Shown piece after piece: positions 1 to 8,103 of a stretch of 64,000 nt of DNA. The notes under the pieces are model-generated. The model saw only the letters and a list, made by a program, of their open reading frames with translations, did no database searches and had not been told where the DNA came from. Within the stretch, counting starts at the first letter, position 1. Every line of letters starts with the position of its first letter. The stretch is taken from assembly GCA_963738405.1 (NCBI GenBank), contig CAVTWJ010000014.1, positions 32,001 through 96,000 of the forward strand, read 5' to 3'. A program made the position numbers and the translations under genes. The DNA comes from a candidate division FCPU426 bacterium. Its GTDB lineage: Bacteria > Oederibacteriota > Muellerivitia > Muellerivitales > Muellerivitaceae.

Positions 1-79
1 GGTTCTTGATAAAGGCAAAATGGGCCCTGTAGGCTACTGCGGCGCCGTCCAGTAGGTACAGACGAGGTTTGGCAATCAT
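1..79 (-). CDS. polA: DNA polymerase I (or 5'-3' exonuclease), N-terminal fragment; gene runs off the window
   Basis: Manual translation from the ATG at 79 gives MIAKPRLYLLDGAAVAYRAHFAFIKN, the LxLxDG..AYRAxF start of the PolA 5'-3' exonuclease domain. Confidence 0.8.
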   Translation of the reverse strand, partial: MIAKPRLYLLDGAAVAYRAHFAFIKN

Positions 80-138
80 GCAAGAATTCCTTTCAAACTT
101 TGGGATTCAAACGTCAGCAGCGGAAAGGATATCGAGAT

Positions 139-681
139 TTAGCCCTTAAGTAAGGCAAGCGGTACGGAATAAATCTCTTTCACGGGGTGATATTCGGCCA
201 AGGCTAGCCGTTTGTAAAGACCCCGAAAATCATAGGGGGTTTTTTGTACGAAGGTAAAAGCCCTCATCAGATCTTCTTTGGACAGTCCTAGTCCTAAGGT
301 GCAGTGGGGAACCCAATTCCCTGGCAAATAATGAGAAAGAGCTCCCCGCATCAAATGTTTTATGGAACGATGCAAATGGGCGTGAAGTTTTAGCAAATCC
401 GAAGTCATCACCGGAGACAGGAAAAGGGGCCTTTCGGCTCCCGGAAAAGTCCCCAAGCTTGAGAAAGAAAAAGGAATCGGATTGAACTGGCGGGCCAGAT
501 GATTTAAAAGGGGCGGAATCTTATTTCGTGAATACTTATCAAAAACAGCAAGCGTCACATGGGGACTGGCGCCCTCACCGCTTAAAATCGTAGGAATCTT
601 GTTTTTTTCGAGCAGCTTTCCGATTTTCCGGACCGACTGGTCGGTCTTGGAGTCGAAAAGAAGCTCGATAGCGAAGGGCAT
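139..681 (-). CDS. 2H phosphoesterase (2'-5' RNA ligase superfamily)
   Basis: Two HxT motifs (PHVTL, PHCTL) in a 180 aa ORF. Confidence 0.85.
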   Translation of the reverse strand: MPFAIELLFDSKTDQSVRKIGKLLEKNKIPTILSGEGASPHVTLAVFDKYSRNKIPPLLNHLARQFNPIPFSFSSLGTFPGAERPLFLSPVMTSDLLKLHAHLHRSIKHLMRGALSHYLPGNWVPHCTLGLGLSKEDLMRAFTFVQKTPYDFRGLYKRLALAEYHPVKEIYSVPLALLKG

Positions 682-693
682 GGGGAGTCTCCT

Positions 694-733
694 AAAAAAA
701 AGCCCCCAACGGTAAGATACCGCCAGGGGCTTT
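694..733 (-). terminator. Rho-independent terminator after parAB and the small ORF
   Basis: Minus-strand hairpin AAAGCCCCTGGCGGTA..TACCGTTGGGGGCTT followed by a T run. Confidence 0.75.
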
Positions 734-800
734 CTACTATATCACCAACTAAAGGGTTCCGGCAGGAGCCCTGAAATCGTTATCGGAGTGAACGAAAAAA

Positions 801-1085
801 TTAAGCCGGTATTCCGTACTTCTTCTTGGCTTCCGGCGTCATGTTTTCGATATGTTCCATCAAAAGGCGGGCGCGGGTTCCGTTGGTCCTTTTCAACTCG
901 GTGGCCAAGGTTCCTTTCAACCGGCCCTGAAGCATGTCGGCCACTTTGCGGGGTGCATACACGTAAATGTCGACCCCGTCGTCCTTGTAGCTGGTAAAGT
1001 CGTTTCGAATGACGGCGTTGGGCGCGAGTCGCTTCACCTCGCCCTCCATTTTCTTGGCCAATATCTCTGCGGCGGTTTGAGGCAT
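801..1085 (-). CDS. Hypothetical protein, about 94 aa
   Basis: Part of ORF 801..1139; the ATG at 1085 is preceded by a GAGGAAGGAG RBS; no family recognised. Confidence 0.6.
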   Translation of the reverse strand: MPQTAAEILAKKMEGEVKRLAPNAVIRNDFTSYKDDGVDIYVYAPRKVADMLQGRLKGTLATELKRTNGTRARLLMEHIENMTPEAKKKYGIPA

Positions 1086-1170
1086 TTCTGCTCCTTCCTC
1101 AGGTTCGTTGGAAAAGCGCTTTCTCTTCCTTACGACCATAAAAATAATCTAAATCCTTAGTTGCCGATTG

Positions 1171-2037
1171 TCAACGATACCCTGCTTTGCGGAACAAATT
1201 CAGCATTCGGTCCAAATCATCCAGTGAATAATATTCCAGCGTGACTGTTCCTTTTTGCTTGCCCTGGGTCTTGATCGTAACCTTCGTTCCCAGCCAATCC
1301 CTCAAACTTTCCTCCAGCTTGGCCACATTGGGATCTTTGACCTTGGACCCATGTTTCGAACGACGTCCAGGCCCTTTCTGGTTTTGGAGCCATTGCTCCA
1401 CCTCCCGCACAGAAGCCCCGTGATGGAGAATCTTGTCCGCCCATTTTTTTTGCTCCTGGGGGGTTGGAAGCCCGGCTAAAACCCGGGCATGGCCGGCCGT
1501 CAGCCTTCCGGATGCCAAAAGGGACTGCACTTCGGGAGCGAGCTTCAAAAGCCTCAGGGCGTTGGCCACAGTCGCCCGGTCCTTGCCGACCTTTTGAGCT
1601 ATTTGCTCTTGGGTCATTTGAAATTCTTCCTGAAGGCGGTGATACCCTTGGGATTCTTCAATGGGATTCAGGTCGGACCGTTGGAGATTCTCAATCAGGG
1701 CCAATTCCAAGGACTCGACGTCGCTGGCCACCACTTCGGTGACCGGCAGGGTCAAAAGTCCCAATTTTTGGGCCGCACGCCAGCGTCTTTCCCCCGCCAC
1801 GATTTCCCAGATTTCCCCTTTTTTGCGGACCACGATAGGCTGGAGAATCCCCTTTTCACGTACCGAATTGACCAGTTCCTGGAGTTCTTCCGGCCGGAAA
1901 ACCTTCCGGGGCTGGTTGGGATTGGGGCGGATTTTTGAAAGTGGAATCTGCTGCAATCCTCCCCGGCGTTCCTCGAAGGGCCTTTTGGGGATAAGGGCTT
2001 CCAAACCCTTTCCGAGCGCTTTCTTAGTCACGGGCAA
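1171..2037 (-). CDS. parB: Chromosome partitioning protein ParB/Spo0J
   Basis: LGKGLEALI N-terminus, PNPNQPR, GERRWRAA CTP motif, ENLQRSDLNPIE, HTH. Confidence 0.97.
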   Translation of the reverse strand: MPVTKKALGKGLEALIPKRPFEERRGGLQQIPLSKIRPNPNQPRKVFRPEELQELVNSVREKGILQPIVVRKKGEIWEIVAGERRWRAAQKLGLLTLPVTEVVASDVESLELALIENLQRSDLNPIEESQGYHRLQEEFQMTQEQIAQKVGKDRATVANALRLLKLAPEVQSLLASGRLTAGHARVLAGLPTPQEQKKWADKILHHGASVREVEQWLQNQKGPGRRSKHGSKVKDPNVAKLEESLRDWLGTKVTIKTQGKQKGTVTLEYYSLDDLDRMLNLFRKAGYR

Positions 2038-2785
2038 CCACCTCCTTCGTGAGATTTAGGTAGGCTTGGGCTCCGCTGGAGCGGATGTCATAAAGAATAA
2101 TGGGTTTTCCAAAAGAGGGGGATTCGGAAAGCTGAACGTTTCGGGGAATGACTGTTTGATAAATCTTTTCCCCAAAAAATTTCTTCACTTCGTCGCCGAC
2201 CTGATTGGCGAGCCGGGTGCGGGCATCGTGCATGGTCAAGACCGCCCCCTCAATCACCAGATCCGGGTTAAGGCTTTCCCTTACCCTTTCAATGGTTTCC
2301 ATCAGCGAGCTCAAACCTTCAAGGGCGTAGTATTCGCTTTGAATGGGAATCAAGACCGACCGGGCGGCCGTGAGGGCGTTGAGCGTGAGGAACCCCAGGG
2401 AAGGGGGACAGTCGATCAGGATAAAATCAAACCCGTTTTCCACCGATTCCAGAGCTTTTTTGAGCCGTAATTCCCTTTCTTCCATGCCCACCAGTTCCAC
2501 TTCCGCGCCGGTCAAATGGCCGTTGGCGGGGACACAGAAAAGTTTTTGTAATTCGGTAGGCCGAATGGCCTGCAGGATGTCGGCCTCTCCCATGAGGACC
2601 TGGTAAATCGTGGGATCGCATTCGTTTTTATCTAGACCCACACCGCTCGTGGCGTTGCCCTGCGGGTCCAGATCCACCAGCAGGGTCTTTTTTTCGATGG
2701 CCGCCAGACAGGAGGCTAGGTTGACGGTGGTGGTGGTCTTGCCAACCCCGCCCTTTTGATTCGCGATACAGATAATCTTCGTCAT
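2024..2785 (-). CDS. parA: Chromosome partitioning ATPase ParA/Soj
   Basis: NQKGGVGKTT deviant Walker A, DLDPQGN, DCPPSLG; overlaps the parB start. Confidence 0.97.
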   Translation of the reverse strand: MTKIICIANQKGGVGKTTTTVNLASCLAAIEKKTLLVDLDPQGNATSGVGLDKNECDPTIYQVLMGEADILQAIRPTELQKLFCVPANGHLTGAEVELVGMEERELRLKKALESVENGFDFILIDCPPSLGFLTLNALTAARSVLIPIQSEYYALEGLSSLMETIERVRESLNPDLVIEGAVLTMHDARTRLANQVGDEVKKFFGEKIYQTVIPRNVQLSESPSFGKPIILYDIRSSGAQAYLNLTKEVVARD

Positions 2786-2814
2786 TCAAGTTCCTAATTT
2801 TTAACTACTAAGTT

Positions 2815-3777
2815 TTAAGCGCGGTTGCCTTGAAAAATGGCCTGGAGTTTGATCGGCTTGATGAGAAAGCAGAAAAAGCCCAAAAAGGAAAAAAGGATGG
2901 ACCCCACAAAGAGGATCAAGATCGAATAAGCCACGGCCTGATCTGATGTCAAATGGACCAAGCTAAACAAGATAATGAGCGCTCCTTCCCTTGTTCCCAT
3001 ACCTAAAAAGGTGACCAGGGAAACGATGTTCACAACCGAGATGGAAAAGGCGATAAAAGTGAATCCAATGGCCGAAAGACCGATGGAATGGGCTAGTTCC
3101 TCACAGCCCCAGAAATAAATGAGATAGGAAGCGGTAGATAAGAGGATGGGAATTAAAAGACTGGGTTTGTAAAAAGCCCCCATTCCGTCGTGAAAATCAT
3201 CGAACGCCTTATCGGTAATCTCCTTGTGTTCCTTCTTCATAAGCCTCTGAAAAACAGTTTTCAGGATGGCGCCCCCGATTTTCTGGTTGAACGCCAAGAG
3301 GGTTATGGCAAATAGAACTCCGAAGAAAATCCAAACGGTTTTGATCAAAACCGGGTCCACCGGCATGGGATAGAGCAATATGCCAGCCCCCCCTAAGATC
3401 AACAAAAGGTAAAGATCAAATACCCGGTCCACCAAAACACTGGGCATGGCCTTGCCAATGGGTAGCTTCAGGTCTTCCTGGAGATAAAAAATCTTGATGA
3501 AATCCCCCACCCGGCCGGGAGTCACATTTCCCCAAAACAAACTGCCCATATAGATCAAGAAACAATTCCAAACCGAATAAGCCTGCCCCTGCATCCGCAA
3601 GAGATAGCTCCACCGGACGCCCTTGAGAAAGACCATGATAATGAAGGTAAGGAGCCCCAGAGCACATAAGGCGAGGTCGGCGTTTTTTAACAAACCCCAG
3701 GTTTTTGGGATGTCGATTTTAAAGAGGATGAAAACAAACAAGCCGAGACCGATGATGATCGGCAAATATTTTTTCAT
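2815..3777 (-). CDS. Lysylphosphatidylglycerol synthase TM-domain (flippase-like, UPF0104) membrane protein
   Basis: Multi-TM; RW motif, GNVTPGRVGDFIK, DRVFD, GMGTREG. Confidence 0.85.
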   Translation of the reverse strand: MKKYLPIIIGLGLFVFILFKIDIPKTWGLLKNADLALCALGLLTFIIMVFLKGVRWSYLLRMQGQAYSVWNCFLIYMGSLFWGNVTPGRVGDFIKIFYLQEDLKLPIGKAMPSVLVDRVFDLYLLLILGGAGILLYPMPVDPVLIKTVWIFFGVLFAITLLAFNQKIGGAILKTVFQRLMKKEHKEITDKAFDDFHDGMGAFYKPSLLIPILLSTASYLIYFWGCEELAHSIGLSAIGFTFIAFSISVVNIVSLVTFLGMGTREGALIILFSLVHLTSDQAVAYSILILFVGSILFSFLGFFCFLIKPIKLQAIFQGNRA

Positions 3778-3813
3778 GATGAGGTAAAACCTTTTGGTGA
3801 ATTGACCAGCTTA

Positions 3814-3848
3814 ACCCTGTGCTGAAAAAGTATTTTTCAGCACAGGGT
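3814..3848. repeat. Perfect 16-bp inverted repeat, first of three intergenic hairpins
   Basis: ACCCTGTGCTGAAAAA-gta-TTTTTCAGCACAGGGT. Confidence 0.85.
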
Positions 3849-3966
3849 CGACAGCCATGGGATAGAACGAGCCACTAAAAACATGGTTTTTATTTTCTGT
3901 GGCTCGTTCACAAATATGAAAAAGTCCGAATTTCAGACTTTTTCAACAACCTGTCAAGGCGGGCTA

Positions 3967-5385
3967 TTATATCCGAAGCATCTTCAAGCCAACACGGGCT
4001 TTTCGGAAAAGGTCCTGGGCCGAGTGGGTATAAGACATATTCTTCATGATCATGCTGGGCCGCAGATAGAAGGACTTATAGGCGTACTTCAGAAGGCTCA
4101 CCAGTTCTTCCCGGTCCATGTGTTCTTCCCAAAGCTTGGGTTTAAAATCGGGCGTGGGGTTTTTGGCAAACTCCGCCCAATAGTCATTCTCATAGCGCCC
4201 CTCTTCCAAAGCCTTGTAATAAATAGCCGTGGCAGGAAAAGGAGTCAGAATGGAAAAATGAACAAAATCCGGGTCCAGTTCCTTGGCGAATTGGATGGTA
4301 TGCAGGGCCATTTCTCGGGTCTCGCCCGGGTTGCCGATCATGAAATAGGCCAGGGTCTTCATGCCGTGGTCCCGGGTGGCATTGAAAATGCGCCGCACAT
4401 GGTCCAGGTCCAGGTCTTTTAAAAGCGTAGCCAGCACTTCCTCGTTGCCGGATTCAACCCCGTAATGGATGCGGTCGCACCCCGCCGAGGCCAGTTCCTT
4501 CAGCATTTCATCGTCCATGCGGTCGGCCCGAGCGCGGATGTCGAAGGAAATCTCAAGCTTGCGTTTCTTGATCTCCCCGCAGATATCAAAAACACGCTTT
4601 CGGTTCACGTTGAAGGTGTCGTCGTAAATAAAAAATTCACGGATGCCAAGCTTAATGCAAGCTTCCATCTCGTTGACCACGCTCATCGCTGAGTGGCTTC
4701 GGAAACGGCGTCCCATGGTGGGGCGATCGCAAAACAAACAGCGGTAGGGGCATCCCCGGCTGGTGAACATGGTAGTAATGGGGTTGTGTTTCGCCAAAAT
4801 GGAATAGTACTTATTGACGGGGGTCAGTTCCCTGGCCGGATAGGGCAGGTTGTCCAAATCTTCCACCGGGGGCGCGGGAGGGTTGTCCTTTACTTGTCCG
4901 GTCGCGGGATCCCGGTAGGCCAAACCGAAAACCTGGGGAAAGGGAAGCAGTCCTTCCAGGGCGCTTAAGAGCTGGGTAAAAGCAAGCTCACCCTCGCCCT
5001 TGATCGCGAAATCCACCTCGTCCATAGCTAGGGTCTCGCGGGCATAAATATGAACATGGGGCCCGCCCATCACGACCTTGCATTTGGGGTTGGCGCGTTT
5101 GGCAGCTTGGGCCACCATGCGCGCGTCGATCACCGTGAAGGTTAGGGTTTGAATCCCGACCACGTCAGGCATGATTTCCCGAATTCGGCTCTCGACCTCG
5201 TCCTGGGAAACCTCCTCCACCTGGCAATCCAGCACCCGAATGTCATGGGCGGTGTTGGCCTTTGCAAATCCGGCCACATACAAAAGACCCAAAGGCGGGT
5301 TGAAACCCCGTTCCTCGTCCACCACGGACGGGATATTGGTAGTAATCATGTTCTCGCTCGGCGGATTGACTAACAAAACCTTCAT
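3967..5385 (-). CDS. B12-binding radical SAM protein
   Basis: N-terminal cobalamin-binding domain (PPLGLLYVA, GGPH, GEGE) and SRGCPYRCLFC CxxxCxxC motif. Confidence 0.93.
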   Translation of the reverse strand: MKVLLVNPPSENMITTNIPSVVDEERGFNPPLGLLYVAGFAKANTAHDIRVLDCQVEEVSQDEVESRIREIMPDVVGIQTLTFTVIDARMVAQAAKRANPKCKVVMGGPHVHIYARETLAMDEVDFAIKGEGELAFTQLLSALEGLLPFPQVFGLAYRDPATGQVKDNPPAPPVEDLDNLPYPARELTPVNKYYSILAKHNPITTMFTSRGCPYRCLFCDRPTMGRRFRSHSAMSVVNEMEACIKLGIREFFIYDDTFNVNRKRVFDICGEIKKRKLEISFDIRARADRMDDEMLKELASAGCDRIHYGVESGNEEVLATLLKDLDLDHVRRIFNATRDHGMKTLAYFMIGNPGETREMALHTIQFAKELDPDFVHFSILTPFPATAIYYKALEEGRYENDYWAEFAKNPTPDFKPKLWEEHMDREELVSLLKYAYKSFYLRPSMIMKNMSYTHSAQDLFRKARVGLKMLRI

Positions 5386-5387
5386 GG

Positions 5388-6245
5388 TTATCTCCCCCTC
5401 TTTACCAGCAGATCCGCCAACAATCCCAGGGCCGCCACCTGCAGACCCGCTACCAGAAGAAGAATGGTGACACCGTCAAGAGGCTGTCCCCGGTAAGCGG
5501 ACAAGGCCCCGGCGGCAACTCCTGCTATGAATAGGATACCGCTTAAGGGTATGAATATCTTCAAGGGTTTGAAATACATGACGATTCTTAGCACCAAAGA
5601 AAAGAAGTTGATGGTGTCTTTGATGGGGCTGATTTTGGAAGAACCAATGCGTTCCCGGTACTGAATGGGCAAATAATGCACGATATAACCGTGACATTCC
5701 AGCGCCAGAGTCAGGGTGGTGGTGAAGGAAAACCCGTTAGGGAACAATCCCTCATAGCGCCCGGCTATTTTTTTTCGGAAAACCCTTAAACCCGAGTTCA
5801 GATCGGGAATTTTGCGTTCGGCCAGGTAATTGGCCCATTTCCCCAAAAGCCATTTAGGGAACCGCCGAAGGGTGGGGATAGCGGCATTGGGTTTAATACG
5901 GGCGCCCACCGCCATGTCGGCGGTCTTGACCGATTCAAGAAGGGCTGGCAAATCCTCCGCCGGGTAGGTGCCGTCGGCATCCAAAATGGCGATTAGGTCG
6001 TGTTTAGCCTGACGGATGCCCGCCTTCAAAGAGGCGCCATAGCCGCGGTTTTCACCCATCCGGATTAGGACCGCCCCGGCTTTGCGGGCCGCTAAGGCGG
6101 TTTCGTCTTTACTACCGTCATCCACTACCAGAATTTCAAATGGAATCCGCGCGGCTTTTAAATGTTTGCGCACTTCCCCCACCACGCCCGCGACGCCCTT
6201 TTCCTCGTTATAGGCGGGGATAACTACCGAGACGGCCTCGTTCAT
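5388..6245 (-). CDS. Glycosyltransferase family 2 (DPM synthase-like) with two C-terminal TM helices
   Basis: VVIPAYNE, VDDGSKD, LDADGTY, DLNSGLRVF. Confidence 0.92.
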   Translation of the reverse strand: MNEAVSVVIPAYNEEKGVAGVVGEVRKHLKAARIPFEILVVDDGSKDETALAARKAGAVLIRMGENRGYGASLKAGIRQAKHDLIAILDADGTYPAEDLPALLESVKTADMAVGARIKPNAAIPTLRRFPKWLLGKWANYLAERKIPDLNSGLRVFRKKIAGRYEGLFPNGFSFTTTLTLALECHGYIVHYLPIQYRERIGSSKISPIKDTINFFSLVLRIVMYFKPLKIFIPLSGILFIAGVAAGALSAYRGQPLDGVTILLLVAGLQVAALGLLADLLVKRGR

Positions 6246-6601
6246 TGGAGATCCACTTTCATTTCGGTGTAATGGGGGTCACCCGTGGGAGGGTAAAAAC
6301 TAACCCGGACCTTATAGCTGCCCGGTTTGACCCAGGGCGAAAAGGGGATGGTGCCGTAAAAATACCAGAGGCCCTTATCAACATCCTTAGCGAAAACCAG
6401 CGTCGGACTGCCAAAGGTTTCCACCACGCCAACCACCTTTATGGAGTCCATAGGGGCCTCCACCTTCGCCAGGGCGGGCTGTCCCCGCTTAACGGGCTGG
6501 GGGACAATTTGCAAATTCAGGGAATCATCCCTGACCCCCAATGTGGCGCAGCCTGTCAAAAGGGCGCCGAGCGCCAAAACAAGGGGGAAAGTTTTTCGCA
6601 T
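6242..6601 (-). CDS. Putative lipoprotein with a small beta-rich domain
   Basis: MRKTF..LLTGC lipobox; stop codon overlaps the GT2 start. Confidence 0.65.
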   Translation of the reverse strand: MRKTFPLVLALGALLTGCATLGVRDDSLNLQIVPQPVKRGQPALAKVEAPMDSIKVVGVVETFGSPTLVFAKDVDKGLWYFYGTIPFSPWVKPGSYKVRVSFYPPTGDPHYTEMKVDLQ

Positions 6602-6798
6602 GACAACCATCCTAGGAGATTTTAAGCAAAAAAGAACCCACTCAACCGGAAAAGTCAATCTTGCATGACCCGGTCTCGCGATTTGAAAAGGGGTTCCCAT
6701 CGCGGGAAGCCTAAGGGGGAAAGGGGCTGTTATTCATTGGGGATAGGACAAGGTCATTCGTCCCAGGAACAGCTTCGATTGAACAAAAATAAGAAAGT

Positions 6799-7389
6799 TT
6801 ATTTCTTGGCTTGAGCCGCCGCGGCCGCCATATTCGCCTCAGCCGAGGGCGCGGTTCGCATGGCATCGCGATGTGCTTTTAACTGCTTGGCCTTTTCCAT
6901 GAATTGTACCTTGGCTTGCTTTTGTTTGTTTTCTTCTCTTGCTTCAAGGTAAGCAAAGGCGTTGGCCTTCAAAAGCATGGTCTCAGCCACATAGGCGCCC
7001 ACGCCGTAATTCACGAAGGCCGGCAGGAGGGCGGATAGGGCCACCAGGGCCAACAGCCAGAGGCTCGACATGGTTTGAGGCAAACCCAGCATGGGTTTTT
7101 GCATCATGGCTAGGTAAACCACTCCCACCATCATGGCCACGATCACGATCAGAAAAAAACCTAAGAGGCGGTAGGTCGAGCGTATCTTTTCATAGGTTAA
7201 CTGCAGATCCTCGGCGTATTGCCTGACGGATTGGCCCCTCTCCTCGAGCTTTTCCTTCCATTGGTCGTCCCAAAGAAGTATTTTGCGCCTCAGCATCACG
7301 CCGAAAACCAGGACCATAAACGTCACGGTCCAGGTCAGCAAAGATAACAAAAAGAACCCGATGGCCGATTCAACGGTAGGGTTTGTCAT
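6799..7389 (-). CDS. Hypothetical membrane protein (3 TM, C-terminal coiled coil)
   Basis: 196 aa ORF with a GGAGG RBS and three hydrophobic segments. Confidence 0.7.
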   Translation of the reverse strand: MTNPTVESAIGFFLLSLLTWTVTFMVLVFGVMLRRKILLWDDQWKEKLEERGQSVRQYAEDLQLTYEKIRSTYRLLGFFLIVIVAMMVGVVYLAMMQKPMLGLPQTMSSLWLLALVALSALLPAFVNYGVGAYVAETMLLKANAFAYLEAREENKQKQAKVQFMEKAKQLKAHRDAMRTAPSAEANMAAAAAQAKK

Positions 7390-7416
7390 TCGTCCTCCAT
7401 CCCTGGTTTATTCTTT

Positions 7417-8103
7417 TTAAGAATGCGTCAATTGGACCGTCGCGTCCAAGAGTTCCAACAGCCGCTGTTTCACTTCGTTCCATTGGGGACCCCCGTCCCC
7501 GTTCTGTTTGGCCTGCTGCCAGGCCATGACCAACTGGGTTAAAATCTTGTCCCCTTCGGCGATCAAGGCCATGCGCACCGCCATCCGGCGGTTTTCTTCC
7601 TCTTGCGCGTAATCATCCTTCAGCCTCGAGAGCATCTCGGCCTGGGCCTCGGGGCTGGTGGCTTCGGCCTGGAGCGTGGACCGGACCTCAGCTTCCACCC
7701 TCTGCCGGATGGAAGATTCCAACACCTTCAGAAGCTCGTTTTGATCCAGGGACAGCCCCGCGGGAACCGCTATGGGGGCTGAGGCCGAGGGTGCCGCCGC
7801 GACCACCGGAGAAACCTTGGGTGAGTAATCTTCCCAATCCGACTCGCTGGCCAGTTCGGTCTTGATACCCCTGTTCTGGCCGAAAACCATCGGCATGAAC
7901 TCGTCGATCTTATCGTGATAGACCTTTAGTCCCACCTCAATTTCCTTCAAATCATCCGCCGTGCGGGCCAGAAGAACCAAATTGTATTTGGTCAACTCTT
8001 TCGGAAGAGCGGTTTTCATGTGTTGGTAGAGCCGCGCTTCCCGGACCTCGACGACCTTGAGGAAGGCTTGCCATTGGTTTTGGAGTTCAGCGTTGCCAGG
8101 CAT
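7417..8103 (-). CDS. Hypothetical protein (globular N-domain, Ala/Pro linker, coiled coil)
   Basis: 228 aa ORF with a GAGGGAG RBS; overlaps the 3' end of nnr. Confidence 0.7.
   Translation of the reverse strand: MPGNAELQNQWQAFLKVVEVREARLYQHMKTALPKELTKYNLVLLARTADDLKEIEVGLKVYHDKIDEFMPMVFGQNRGIKTELASESDWEDYSPKVSPVVAAAPSASAPIAVPAGLSLDQNELLKVLESSIRQRVEAEVRSTLQAEATSPEAQAEMLSRLKDDYAQEEENRRMAVRMALIAEGDKILTQLVMAWQQAKQNGDGGPQWNEVKQRLLELLDATVQLTHS

Noticed and set aside
8016..8103. Frameshift or fusion between nnr and the downstream ORF (88-bp overlap)
   Set aside because: The Nnr domain is complete before the overlap and the downstream ORF has its own RBS and ATG
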